From assembly GCA_963738685.1 (NCBI GenBank), contig CAVTXK010000002.1, positions 1,204,809 through 1,268,808 of the forward strand: a stretch of 64,000 nucleotides of DNA. Reading direction: 5' to 3'. The notes beneath the pieces were generated by a model. That model did no database searches. It was given only the letters and a program-made list of their open reading frames with translations, and was not told where the DNA came from. Positions within the stretch are counted from its first letter, which is position 1. Every line of letters starts with the position of its first letter. Of the stretch, positions 53,682 through 63,382 are shown in pieces. The position numbers and the translations under genes were made by a program. This DNA is from an uncultured Chloroflexia bacterium. Lineage in GTDB: Bacteria > Chloroflexota > Limnocylindria > Limnocylindrales > CSP1-4.

Positions 53682-54119
53682 ATGCGTCGACGGCGAAAAG
53701 TGGTTCGGTGGATCTCGCGCGCGGTTGCCACGCTCGCGGTCGGCGGCCTGCTCGGCTTCCTCGTGCCGACCGTGATCTCCGACCTGTCGCCCCAGCCGGA
53801 GGTCGAGTCGGTCGCCGCCGAGTCGCCCGTCGCACGACAGTTCATCAACGCCTTCGTGGCCGATGATCAGGCCACGCTCAAGAGCATGGGCGTCGCGACC
53901 GACACCCTGGCTCGCGCGACGAAGTTCAAGGCGGAGTACCTCCAGGTCGATCCGCCGATCCATCTCGGTTCCTACAACGCCGGATCGATCAGTCTCCACA
54001 CCTATGCGGCCCACGCGCTGAAGGCGACCGACGGGAGCCCCGACCTGCTCAGCTGGCGAGTCGTCAGTCGGGGCGGGCAGGCCGCCCTCATCATTCCCCC
54101 GACACCGATCGAGCCATGA
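53682..54119 (+). CDS. hypothetical membrane-anchored protein
   Basis: N-terminal TM (VVRWISRAVATLAVGGLLGFLVPTVI). First gene of the FtsH-like operon. Confidence 0.45.
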   Translation: MRRRRKVVRWISRAVATLAVGGLLGFLVPTVISDLSPQPEVESVAAESPVARQFINAFVADDQATLKSMGVATDTLARATKFKAEYLQVDPPIHLGSYNAGSISLHTYAAHALKATDGSPDLLSWRVVSRGGQAALIIPPTPIEP

Positions 54120-54742
54120 GCGAACCGCTGGCGACACCCACCGACCCGGTCGCCGCGGATCAGGCTGCGCCGTTGGCGCCACCGGTCGCGCAGCCCAACG
54201 CGCAACCCAGCGCACCCGATGCGAGCGCGCCCGTGGTGGCCGAACCCTCGGCGGCGATCGAACGCGGTCGGCGACGACGGTTGGTGGCCCTCGCTGGACT
54301 CGGACGTGTGGTGCGGTTCGTCGTCATGGTCGCGATCTTCAGCGCGGGGGTGGCCCTTGGGTACGCGCGGTTCCAGGTCGCCCAGACGGCGGAACCGACG
54401 GTCGGGGGCAATCCCGTGACCGCGGGGGTGGAGGCTCCGGCATCGGTCGTCGGGATGGTCCAGTCGTTGCGTGGCAATGACCTCGACGCCGTGCGATCTG
54501 CCGTGGCCGCCATCCGCGATGACGAGGGAAACGTCGTGACCGATCCGTATCGCTGGCTCGCCGGTGAGCTGCAGGCCATGCGACTCATGGAGGTCGGCAC
54601 CGTCGAGACCCTCTCGACCTACGTCGACGGTCCGCGGACGGCGACCGGACTCATCATCACGGGACGGATGGCCGGGGGCGTGCCGGTGTCCAGGCATCTC
54701 ATCGTGCAGACGACGAACGGCCAGATCGTGAGCTTCAAGTGA
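54116..54742 (+). CDS. hypothetical membrane protein (Ala/Pro-rich N-terminus, single TM)
   Basis: ATGA overlap upstream and downstream. Same architecture as the preceding gene. Confidence 0.45.
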   Translation: MSEPLATPTDPVAADQAAPLAPPVAQPNAQPSAPDASAPVVAEPSAAIERGRRRRLVALAGLGRVVRFVVMVAIFSAGVALGYARFQVAQTAEPTVGGNPVTAGVEAPASVVGMVQSLRGNDLDAVRSAVAAIRDDEGNVVTDPYRWLAGELQAMRLMEVGTVETLSTYVDGPRTATGLIITGRMAGGVPVSRHLIVQTTNGQIVSFK

Positions 54743-56628
54743 ACCGCATCCGGGCCTTCGGGGCGCACCTTGGCTTCGTCTGGGACCGCAACCTCATTCG
54801 CCTGATGATCCTGCTCGCCGTGCTGACGTTGCTCGTTGCGATCAACGGTACGGCCGAGGTCATCCAGATGGTGTTCGGGCTGGTGGCGGCGGCGCCGGCG
54901 TTCGCGCTGCAGCTGTCGTTCGCAGCGACCTACATCATCTTCCAGTTCGGGATCCTGTTCTGGTTCCTGTCGCGGCCGCGCAAGTACACGGTCACGCCGG
55001 ACGACCCGCAGATCGGCCTCTCGTTCGAGAACTACCGCGGCCAGCCGGACCTGCTGGAACATGCCAAGACCACGGTCGGCATCCTGCGGGGCGTCAAGGA
55101 ATTCGAGCTGCGCGGTGGCGAGATGCCCAAGGGCATGCTCCTGTCGGGCGCCCCGGGCACGGGCAAGACGTTCCTCGCCGCGTGCATCGCGAAGGAGGCC
55201 AATCTCCCGTTCATCTACATCGACTCGAGCTCGCTGCAGGGCATGTTCGTCGGCATGACCCAGCTCATGATCATGAAACTGTTCCGCGACGCGCGCGGGC
55301 TCGCGCGCAAGTACGCCGAGCCCGGCCGGCGGGGCGCCTGCATCCTGTTCATGGACGAGCTCGATTCGATCGGGCAGTCGCGCGGCAGCCAGACCGGTGG
55401 CATGTTCGTCGGCGGGTTCATGGGTGGCGGCAGCATGGGCCTCAACACCCTGCTGAACCAGATGGACTCGCTGGGCGAGCTGGTCGAGGACCGCTGGCGG
55501 TTCAAGATCCTGCGCTGGTTCGGGCTCATCCGCGGACCGGCCGTGAACAAGCCACTCGTCTTCGTCATCGGTGCGACGAACCGGCCGGAGGTCCTCGATC
55601 AGGCCCTCGTCCGGCCGGGTCGGCTCGACCGGATGCTCGTCGTCCACGTCCCGGACGCCGACGGACGACGGGACATCATCGAGCACTACCTCGCGGCAAA
55701 GCGCCACGACCCGGCCATCCCGATGGACCTGCTCATCAACGACTCGATGGGCTGGACCCCGGTCATGATCAAGACGATCATCAACGAGGCGCTCATCCAG
55801 GCCCACCACGACGGCCGCGACTTCCTGACCTACAAGGACTGGCTCGATGCCACCGATGAGCGCCAGATCGGGCTCAAGCAGCCGATCCGGTCGTGGAACC
55901 TGACCGACCGACGCGAGACGGCCTATCACGAGGCGGGCCACGCGGTCGCGGCGCGCTACCTGCGGCCGTCGTACCGGATCTCGAAGGCGACGATCATCCG
56001 GCGCGGCCACGCCCTCGGGTACGTCCAGCAGAAGCCGCTCGAGGAACGGACGTCGATGTACGCCCGCTGGATCGAGACCCAGATCATGGTCGCGCTGGCG
56101 GGGCACGTGGTCGAGGCCCGATTCCTCGACACGCTCTCGACCGGGCCATCGAGCGATCTGCTTGGCGCCACGTACGCGGCGGAGCAATACGTCGGTCGTT
56201 TCGCGATGGGCCCCACCAAGATCATCATCCCGCTGCGCCCCGAGGACCCGCCGATCGGACCGGTCCTGGTCGCCGCGCACGAGCTGCTCGACCAGTTGTA
56301 CGAGGAGACCGAGCGACTGCTGCGCGAGAAGGAGCCGGCGATCCACCACCTCGCCAACGCGCTGATCGAGCGCGACGAGCTGATCGCCGATGAGCTCGAG
56401 GCCGTGTTCGCCGAGGTCGAAGCGGTCCATCCGGAGCTGCTCGAGAAGTTCGAGCGGCGGATCCTCCAGTTCCGGGATTTCGCGCCGATCCATCCGGTCG
56501 CGGCCGAAGCGTGGACGCCACCGCCACCGAAGGCGACCGAGGGCAAGCCCCAGGAGCCGGCGGCGCGTGGCGGTGCGTGGCTGGATGCGGGCGTGCCGCC
56601 ACCCTGGGCGAACCGACCGCGGTACTGA
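54739..56628 (+). CDS. FtsH-like membrane AAA+ ATPase / M41 zinc metalloprotease paralog
   Basis: Two N-terminal TMs. Walker A GAPGTGKT, Walker B ILFMDELD, arginine-finger region RPGRLDR, peptidase motif HEAGHAV. It has an atypical Gly/Met-rich insertion after Walker B and lacks an FtsH-type periplasmic domain. 629 aa, intact. Confidence 0.75.
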   Translation: MNRIRAFGAHLGFVWDRNLIRLMILLAVLTLLVAINGTAEVIQMVFGLVAAAPAFALQLSFAATYIIFQFGILFWFLSRPRKYTVTPDDPQIGLSFENYRGQPDLLEHAKTTVGILRGVKEFELRGGEMPKGMLLSGAPGTGKTFLAACIAKEANLPFIYIDSSSLQGMFVGMTQLMIMKLFRDARGLARKYAEPGRRGACILFMDELDSIGQSRGSQTGGMFVGGFMGGGSMGLNTLLNQMDSLGELVEDRWRFKILRWFGLIRGPAVNKPLVFVIGATNRPEVLDQALVRPGRLDRMLVVHVPDADGRRDIIEHYLAAKRHDPAIPMDLLINDSMGWTPVMIKTIINEALIQAHHDGRDFLTYKDWLDATDERQIGLKQPIRSWNLTDRRETAYHEAGHAVAARYLRPSYRISKATIIRRGHALGYVQQKPLEERTSMYARWIETQIMVALAGHVVEARFLDTLSTGPSSDLLGATYAAEQYVGRFAMGPTKIIIPLRPEDPPIGPVLVAAHELLDQLYEETERLLREKEPAIHHLANALIERDELIADELEAVFAEVEAVHPELLEKFERRILQFRDFAPIHPVAAEAWTPPPPKATEGKPQEPAARGGAWLDAGVPPPWANRPRY

Positions 56629-56710
56629 AACCTTCCGGGCGCCGGCCGGGGTGAGTCGCTGGTAAGCGATAGGTGACCTCGGGTAGACCGGTCATGTCCA
56701 CAGTTCGGCC

Positions 56711-57466
56711 ATGGATCAGCTCCAACAGCTCGGGGCGCGCTTTCGGGCGGTCCGGATCCGGCGTGGCTGGCGCCAACTCGACGTGGCGAAGAAGGTCGGG
56801 CTGGATCCGTCGGTCATCTCCCGGATCGAACGGGGTCATCTCGAGCGGATCACGCTCGGGACCCTTCTTGCCACCGCTCGGGCGCTCGACATCCAGGTCG
56901 CGCTGACTGCTCGCTCTCGCGGTGCCGACCTGGATCGCCTGGTGAACGGTCGCCACGCCGGGCTGCACGAATCGGTCGCACGATGGTTCGCCGCTGAGCT
57001 GCCCGAATGGACGCTCGAGCCGGAGGTCTCGTTCTCGATCCACGGCGAACGCGGGATCATCGACATCCTTGCCTGGCACCCGGGGCTCCGGGCGCTCGTG
57101 ATCATCGAGCTCAAGACGGATATCGTCGATGTCAACGAGTTGATCGGCCAGATGGACAAGCGACGGCGGCTCGCCCGCACGATCGCCGAGGAGCGGGGCT
57201 GGGATCCGCTGTCGATCTCGACCTGGGTCATCGTGGCCAACGGGCGAACGAATCGAGCTCGTCTCGCTGCGCATCGCGTGCTGCTGCGGAACGCCTTCCC
57301 GGTCGATGGGCGGTCGGTCCGGAGTTGGTTGCGGCAGCCCGATCGACGGATCGCGGCGCTCTCACTCTGGGACCGCGTCGAGCACGGGACGGCTTCGGAC
57401 GGATATGCGGCGAGGCACCGCGTTCGGTCGCCCGTGCGGAAGCGCGGGACAGGCCGGGAACCATGA
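56711..57466 (+). CDS. XRE-family HTH protein with a C-terminal PD-(D/E)xK-like domain
   Basis: HTH (WRQLDVAKKVGLDPSVISRIERGH). The C-terminal EVSFSIHGERGIIDILAWHP...LVIIELK resembles the E/D...ExK nuclease core. Confidence 0.55.
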   Translation: MDQLQQLGARFRAVRIRRGWRQLDVAKKVGLDPSVISRIERGHLERITLGTLLATARALDIQVALTARSRGADLDRLVNGRHAGLHESVARWFAAELPEWTLEPEVSFSIHGERGIIDILAWHPGLRALVIIELKTDIVDVNELIGQMDKRRRLARTIAEERGWDPLSISTWVIVANGRTNRARLAAHRVLLRNAFPVDGRSVRSWLRQPDRRIAALSLWDRVEHGTASDGYAARHRVRSPVRKRGTGREP

Positions 57467-57717
57467 AGGACTTGCGCAGGAGCCAAGTAATGGCCGACCG
57501 TCGGCGACGCGACCGCCCGGTGACACGCTTTCGGTGACATAACGCGCCCACCAGCACCGCTACGTCAGGTCCGGGTGCAGATTCGCCCCCGATTGACCGC
57601 CACGTCGGCCATAACGTGGCTCACAGGCAAGTTGTTCATGGTTGGCGCCGGGTGCGGGCCGCGGCCGGGGCGGCGGGGGTCAGGCTGGCCGGGCCAGCGC
57701 GGTGCGGGCCGGGCCGG

Positions 57718-58308
57718 TCAGCTGACGCGGGTCGACGTCGGGGTCGCCTCGAACGTGATCTCGGCGTCGAATGGGTCTTCGCCCTCGATGTAGGTCGGCT
57801 CGAGGGAGCCGATGCCGAAGCCCAGGGCGTCGCTCCAGCGGAGGCCCTTGCAGGAGGCCGTGCCCCGCAGCGCCTTCTCGTCGACCGACTGGACCGTGAC
57901 GATGCAGCGGGTCGGATCCCAGATCGTCCAATGCTGGCCATCGATGATCCGGTCGAGCTGCAGAAATCCGCCCGGGCCCATGAAGCCACTCGTCGTCGAC
58001 GCGCCGGAGATGCGCACGTACCAACCGGCCGCGTTGTGGAACGATGCCTCGCCGCCGTACACGGCATCGAACGTTCCGGGTCGGGTCAGCTCGTCGAGCA
58101 CGATCGCCGGATCCGACCCGATCGTGATGGTCGCCCGACCGGACGCATACGACGCCAGCGGCTTCGGATCGGTGAAGCTCGGGTCCGAAGGATCGAAGCC
58201 GAGGAGGTACTGGCAGCCGCCCGTGACCAGGGCCGCGAGCGCAACCAGCCCGATCAGACCCGATCGCGGCCACCCACGACCGCCCAGGTGCCCGCCCCCC
58301 TCCGCCAC
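57718..58308 (-). CDS. hypothetical lipoprotein
   Basis: Lipobox LVTGGC. Starts 2 nt after the ccsA stop. Confidence 0.45.
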   Translation of the reverse strand: MAEGGGHLGGRGWPRSGLIGLVALAALVTGGCQYLLGFDPSDPSFTDPKPLASYASGRATITIGSDPAIVLDELTRPGTFDAVYGGEASFHNAAGWYVRISGASTTSGFMGPGGFLQLDRIIDGQHWTIWDPTRCIVTVQSVDEKALRGTASCKGLRWSDALGFGIGSLEPTYIEGEDPFDAEITFEATPTSTRVS

Positions 58309-58310
58309 CG

Positions 58311-59255
58311 TTACAGGCCGGAGTACGCGTGGAGGCCGGTGAACCAGAGGGAGCCGGAATACGTGACCAGCACCATCCCGAAGCCGACGACGAGCAGCAG
58401 CGCGGCGGGCCGGCCGGCCCACGACCGCCGGTTCCGGGCGTGGAGGTAGACCGCGTAGATCAGCCAGGTCACGAGCGCCGCGGTCTCCTTCGGATCCCAG
58501 CCCCAGTAGCGCGACCAGGCGATCGAGGCCCACCACGACCCGAGGATGATCATCGTCGCGAAGATCGGGAAGCCGATGATGACCGCCCGATACGCGACCT
58601 CGTCGAGCACCTTGTGCGACGGCAGCCACGAGAATCGATCGGTCTGGCCCTGGAGCAGGTAGCCGATGCCGGCCGCGAACGACGTCGCGAAGATCCCGTA
58701 CGAGATGACGGCCATCCCGACATGGATCGTCAGCAGCGGCGCGTTCTGGAGGGCCGGCACGAGCGGCTCGATCTCGGACGGCAGGCTCGACGCGTACAGC
58801 AGGAGCGTGAGTGCCACCCCCAGCGGGATGAACCCGATCGAGCGGATCGCGTAGCGGCGCGCGAGGACGAGATAACCCGTGACCATCGAGAACGAGAACG
58901 CGACCGTGAACTCGAACATGTTGCCCCACGGTCCACGGCCGACCACGATCCCGCGGAGCAGGAGCGAGGCCCCGAGGGCCACGACCGCGACGACCGTGAG
59001 CAGCGTCGCCGCCCGCGAGAGGAACGTCGGCGAGGCGGCCAGCGTGGGTCCGTCGGCCGCGGCGCGCGTCGTCGAGGTCACGAACGAGCCGGTCACGACG
59101 CCCGCGTAGGCCGGCTGGCGCGTGGCGCTCAACACGGGGAGTGCCCGTCGGCCATTCGCCAGCATCACCGCGTGCCCGACGTGGGCCGCGAACCCGAGCG
59201 CCACGAAGATCACGCCGACGGAGAACAGGACGGACGAGAGTTCGGCCATGGTCAT
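58311..59255 (-). CDS. ccsA: c-type cytochrome biogenesis protein CcsA/ResC
   Basis: WGWDPKE tryptophan-rich heme-handling motif. Polytopic, 314 aa. Confidence 0.8.
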   Translation of the reverse strand: MTMAELSSVLFSVGVIFVALGFAAHVGHAVMLANGRRALPVLSATRQPAYAGVVTGSFVTSTTRAAADGPTLAASPTFLSRAATLLTVVAVVALGASLLLRGIVVGRGPWGNMFEFTVAFSFSMVTGYLVLARRYAIRSIGFIPLGVALTLLLYASSLPSEIEPLVPALQNAPLLTIHVGMAVISYGIFATSFAAGIGYLLQGQTDRFSWLPSHKVLDEVAYRAVIIGFPIFATMIILGSWWASIAWSRYWGWDPKETAALVTWLIYAVYLHARNRRSWAGRPAALLLVVGFGMVLVTYSGSLWFTGLHAYSGL

Positions 59256-59306
59256 TGCCTCTGCAGACGCGGCACGCCGGTCATCGGTTGCGCTGCGCTC
59301 GTCCGG

Positions 59307-59789
59307 TCAGGCAACCGCGGCCCCGCCCGGGCGGGGACCGCTGGCGGGACGGACCGGGACCGGCCGCGTCTTGACGTTGAGGACGAGGCCGCAGTTGGTG
59401 CACGTATCGATGAGCGCCGGCCGGCCCAGGCCGCACATCGGGCAGATCACCGCGAGGTCGTCGTGGTCGTTGTCACAGCGCGTCGTGCCCGACGGGTAGA
59501 TGAGCGCGTCTTTTCGACAGAACGGCAGACCGGGCGGGAAGATCGGTTCACCATCGGCGCCGATCGCGGCGACGCGCGGACCCTCGACCACGCGCACCTT
59601 CACCCGCGGCTTGCGGATCTGATAGATGAGGATGCCGAGGGGCAGGATGGTGAGCAGCGGACCGACGATCCCGAGGAAGATCAGCACGGGCAGCAACCCG
59701 ATGACGGCGTTCCAGTCCGGGATCACGAGCTGGGACATGAACCCGAGGATCGCGTTCCACATCTCCTCGAGGGTATCGATGATGCTCAC
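59307..59789 (-). CDS. hypothetical membrane protein with a C-terminal Cys-rich zinc-ribbon
   Basis: Two TMs, then CRKDALIYPSGTTRCDNDHDDLAVICPMCG...CTNCG. Confidence 0.45.
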   Translation of the reverse strand: MSIIDTLEEMWNAILGFMSQLVIPDWNAVIGLLPVLIFLGIVGPLLTILPLGILIYQIRKPRVKVRVVEGPRVAAIGADGEPIFPPGLPFCRKDALIYPSGTTRCDNDHDDLAVICPMCGLGRPALIDTCTNCGLVLNVKTRPVPVRPASGPRPGGAAVA

Positions 59790-60391
59790 GATGGCATGCT
59801 ACCCGACGACGGTCGACCTCGGCGCGGGTTGCCTCGCTTCGTCGTTGCGCCTCGACCCGGCTTCCAGCCTGGTCGTTCCGCCTCGTCGGGCGACCCCGCC
59901 GCACCGGACCTCGATCCGCCGCCAGCGCTCGCCGGCGGCCGCCAATTCCCGACCGACGGCGACGACAGCCGCGGCCGTTCCATCCGGCCGAGGAGCCACG
60001 CGGACCCCGCCGTCCGCGCACCCTTGGCGCGCAGCGCGGCGCGCAGGGCATGGTCGTCGCTGACGATGAGCAGCCCGGCCGTGCCCGCCGCCCCGACCGT
60101 GGCACGCGCCTCGTCGACGAGGGAGAGCAGCAGCTCGTCCGCCGTCCGTCGACCGGCGTGCCGGACGATGAGCCCCGACGCGACCCGTTCACCGCGCATC
60201 CCGCGGTCGGGTCCGCCGTCGAACACGAGCTCGATGCCGATCGACGCCGGGACGATCGCCCGGAGACGCCCGATGAGCGCCGCCTGCGGCGCGGGACCCG
60301 CCTTGCGCGAGAGCGCATGCAGCAGGTTCGTGCCATCGATGAGCAGGCGCTCGGTGCCGGTCAGCGGGTCGCGCGGGAGGCTCGTCACCAC
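59786..60391 (-). CDS. NYN/PIN-like domain protein (YacP-like) with a basic disordered tail
   Basis: LLIDGTNLLHAL...LVFDGGP...GLIVRHAG in the C-terminal 200 aa of ORF 59786..61216. The rest of that ORF is antisense to the HAD gene. Confidence 0.45.
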   Translation of the reverse strand: MVTSLPRDPLTGTERLLIDGTNLLHALSRKAGPAPQAALIGRLRAIVPASIGIELVFDGGPDRGMRGERVASGLIVRHAGRRTADELLLSLVDEARATVGAAGTAGLLIVSDDHALRAALRAKGARTAGSAWLLGRMERPRLSSPSVGNWRPPASAGGGSRSGAAGSPDEAERPGWKPGRGATTKRGNPRRGRPSSGSMPS

Positions 60392-60433
60392 GCCATCGTA
60401 CGCGTCGTCGGATGCCCGGCTACGATCGGTGCC

Positions 60434-61279
60434 GTGAGCCTGCTCCTCCTCGTCGACCTGGACGGCGTCGTGTATCGCGGCAGCGACCCCGTCCCGGGTG
60501 TCGCCGCTGTCCTGGCCGATCGCGCGGCCCGCGGCGATGACGTCGTCTACGTGACGAACAACTCGATGCATTACCGGGCCGACTACGTCACGCGGCTCGC
60601 CGCGATGGGCGCCCCGATCACCGCGGACACCGTCGTGTCGTCGGCCCGGGCGACCGCGCTCCACATCGCCAACCACGAGACCGGGGTCAAGCGAGTGCTC
60701 GTCGTCGGTGCCGGGGGATTGGAGCGCGAGCTGCGCGACGTCGGTCTCGAGGTCGTGACCGCCGGGCACGCCGCGACGCGGATGCACCAGGAGGGCATCG
60801 ATGGCTGGGCAGCCGCCGGAGCACCGGACGCCGTCGTCAGCGGCCTCGATCCGAACCTGACCTACCTGCGACTTGCCGCCGCCTCGGACTGCATCCGTGC
60901 CGGTGCCCGGTTCATCGCGACGAACCGCGATCCGGTCTACCCGACGGAGCGCGGCCTGCGACCCGGGGCGGGCAGCATCGCGGCGGCGCTCGAAGCATCG
61001 TCCGGGGTCACGCCGTTGTCGATCGGCAAGCCCGCGCCGCACCTGCTGGAGCTCGCCGCGGAGGCCGTCGGCCGGCACGCCAGCGAGGCGATCATGATCG
61101 GCGACGGGATCGGGACGGATCTCGCCGCGGCGCGCGCGGTCGGGGCGCATTGCGTGTTCATGCTGACCGGGGTCACGACGCGGGACCAGGTCGAGGGACT
61201 CCCCGGCAGCGAGCACCCGACCGCCATCGCGGCCGACGCCGCGCAGCTCGCCGCCGCGCTGGAGGAGCTCGCCGGCTGA
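60434..61279 (+). CDS. HAD-IIA family hydrolase
   Basis: LLLVDLDGVVY (DxD motif), TNNS, GK..P, GDGIGTD. Confidence 0.8.
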   Translation: MSLLLLVDLDGVVYRGSDPVPGVAAVLADRAARGDDVVYVTNNSMHYRADYVTRLAAMGAPITADTVVSSARATALHIANHETGVKRVLVVGAGGLERELRDVGLEVVTAGHAATRMHQEGIDGWAAAGAPDAVVSGLDPNLTYLRLAAASDCIRAGARFIATNRDPVYPTERGLRPGAGSIAAALEASSGVTPLSIGKPAPHLLELAAEAVGRHASEAIMIGDGIGTDLAAARAVGAHCVFMLTGVTTRDQVEGLPGSEHPTAIAADAAQLAAALEELAG

Positions 61280-61284
61280 CGCTC

Positions 61285-62362
61285 GCTACGCGTCTGATCG
61301 TCGAGCTCCGGGATCCCGGCCGCCCACGCGTCGAACGCGGTGCGCAGCGGCACCAGGGTCGCTTCGTCGGCGAACGCGACATCGAGCGCCCGCCGATCGA
61401 TGGCCCACAGCTCGGGGACGGTCAGCCCGATCCGCTCGACCGCGTTGACGTACTCCTCGGACAGGGTGATGTCGGACACGGTCGTGTCGTCGGTGTTGAG
61501 GGTCACGGACACGCCGGCACGCTGGAGACGGGCCAGCGGGTGGGCCGCGACGGACGGCACGATCCCGGCCTGCCAGTTCGAGGTCGGACAGAGGTCCAGC
61601 GTCACCGCGCGCGACCGCAGCTCGGCGCACAGCTCCGGGTCATCGATGGCGCCCGGGCCGTGGGCGATCCGTTCCGGTTCCACGGCAAGTGCCCGCCGAA
61701 CCTGGTCCGCGCCACCCCACTCCCCGGCGTGGGTCGTGATGCGCAGGCCCCCGGCACGCGCCGCCTCGAACGCCTGGGCGTGGTCCAGCGGATCGGGGTA
61801 GGCCTCCTCCGGCCCGGCCAGGTCCCAGCCGGTCAGCCCCTGGTCCCGGAACCGCGCCGCGGTCTCGGCGAGAACGACGTTGCCCGCCGGATCGTGCGAG
61901 CGCAGGGCCGTGCAGATGAGGCGGACCACGGTGCCGGTCCGGGCCGCCGCCTCGCGCGCGCCAGCGCACACGGCCGCGATCCCGTCCGCCAGGGAGAGGC
62001 CGCCAGCGACGTGGAGCCTGCGGCCCCCAGCGGATCTCCACGTACCGGACGTTGTCCGCCGCCTTGGTCTCGACGAGCTCGGCCGTGATCCGCTCGAGCG
62101 CCTCGGCGTCCTGCATCAGCGCGATGGGCAGGTCGAAGGCGCGCAACAGGTCGGCCTGGGACACGCACGGCATGGGGGCGATGAGGGCGGCCGACATCCC
62201 GGTCCAGTCGCGCGGCGCATCGATCCCGCGCGTGCGCGCCAGTTCCAGGGCCGTATCCACGCGCAGGGAGCCATCGAGATGGAGATGGAGCTCGGCCTTC
62301 GGCAGGGCTGCGATGAGCCGGCGACGGGCGCGCGCGGCCGGGTCCAGCGGCTGGTCGGTCAT
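61285..62362 (-). pseudogene. add: adenosine deaminase; 1-nt insertion near 62000, C-terminus uncertain
   Basis: ELHLHLDGS zinc motif in ORF 61640..62362. ITTHAGEWGG...LCPTSN...LNTDD in ORF 60937..61971. The latter frame reads through about 100 codons into the convergent HAD gene. Confidence 0.7.
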
Positions 62363-62437
62363 CGGGCGATGCTACGATTCCGGCGCCCCCGTGTCCCGCC
62401 GATCCGGCGGATCGTAGCTGCGAGTGCTCTCGAACGC

Positions 62438-63379
62438 ATGTCGACCATCCTCGTCACCGGTGCCAGCGGCTTCGTCGGGAGCCGTGCGGTCCCGGCGCTC
62501 ATCGATGCCGGGCATCGGGTCGTCGCGATGGTCCGCAGCCCGAACTCCGGCGAGCTCGTCGCCGGGCGACTGACGGCTCCGCAGCGCGACGCGCTCGAGA
62601 CGCGGGTCGGTGACGTGACGCGACCGACCTCCCTGCCGGCGGCCGTCGCCGGGATCGATGCCGTGCTCCACCTCGTCGCCATCCCGCGCGACCTCCACGG
62701 CGGCCGGGACCTGCGCCTGGTCAACACCGAGGGCACGCGCAACGTCGTCGCGGCGATGAGCGAGGCCGGCGTCCAGCGCCTCGTCCACATGAGCGCGATG
62801 GGCGTCGAGGACGACCCGACCCTGCACTACGCGAGTTCCAAGGCTCGGGGCGAGCTGCTCGTCCGCGAGTCCGCCCTCGACTGGACGGTCCTCAAGCCGT
62901 CGCTCCAGTTCGGGCCGGGTGACGGGTTCTTCAACATCATCGCGGACCTCGTGCGGCTCTCCCCGGGCGTCGTGCCGGTCCCCGGTCGCGGCGATGCGCG
63001 GTTCCAGCCGATCCACGTCGCGGACGTGGCGCGGGTCGTCGTCGCGGCCTTCGCCGACCGAACGACCGTCGGGTCGACCCTGGAGCTCGGCGGTCCGCGC
63101 TACTGGACCTACCGCGAGATCACCACGGAGGTCCTCCGGGCGATGGGGCGTCGCCGGCTCCTGCTGCCCATGCCGGTGCCGCTGATCCGGCTCGTCGCCG
63201 GGACCGCCGAGCGGTTGCGCCTCCCGTTCCCGGTGGCCACGGACCAGCTCCGCCAGCTCCGCCTCGACAACATCGGGCCGTTGGACCTGATCCCGGAGCG
63301 GTTCGGCTTCACGGCCGCGGGATATGACCGGCCAGCTCGGCTACCTGCGCCGGAAGCCGCGCGACCAGCGCGTCGGGGC
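62438..63379 (+). CDS. NAD(P)H-binding SDR-superfamily protein (NmrA/NDUFA9-like); probable frameshift near 63320
   Basis: MSTILVTGASGFVGSRAVPALIDAGHRVVAMVRSP. The natural C-terminus ...GQLGYLRRKPRDQRVGAER* appears in the +1 frame. Confidence 0.6.
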
Positions 63380-63382
63380 GGA

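Noticed and set aside
59786-61216. 476-aa minus-strand ORF taken as a single large gene
   Set aside because: Its N-terminal 270 aa are antisense to the HAD hydrolase and low-complexity. Only the C-terminal 200 aa (NYN-like domain, 59786..60391) look like a real protein.
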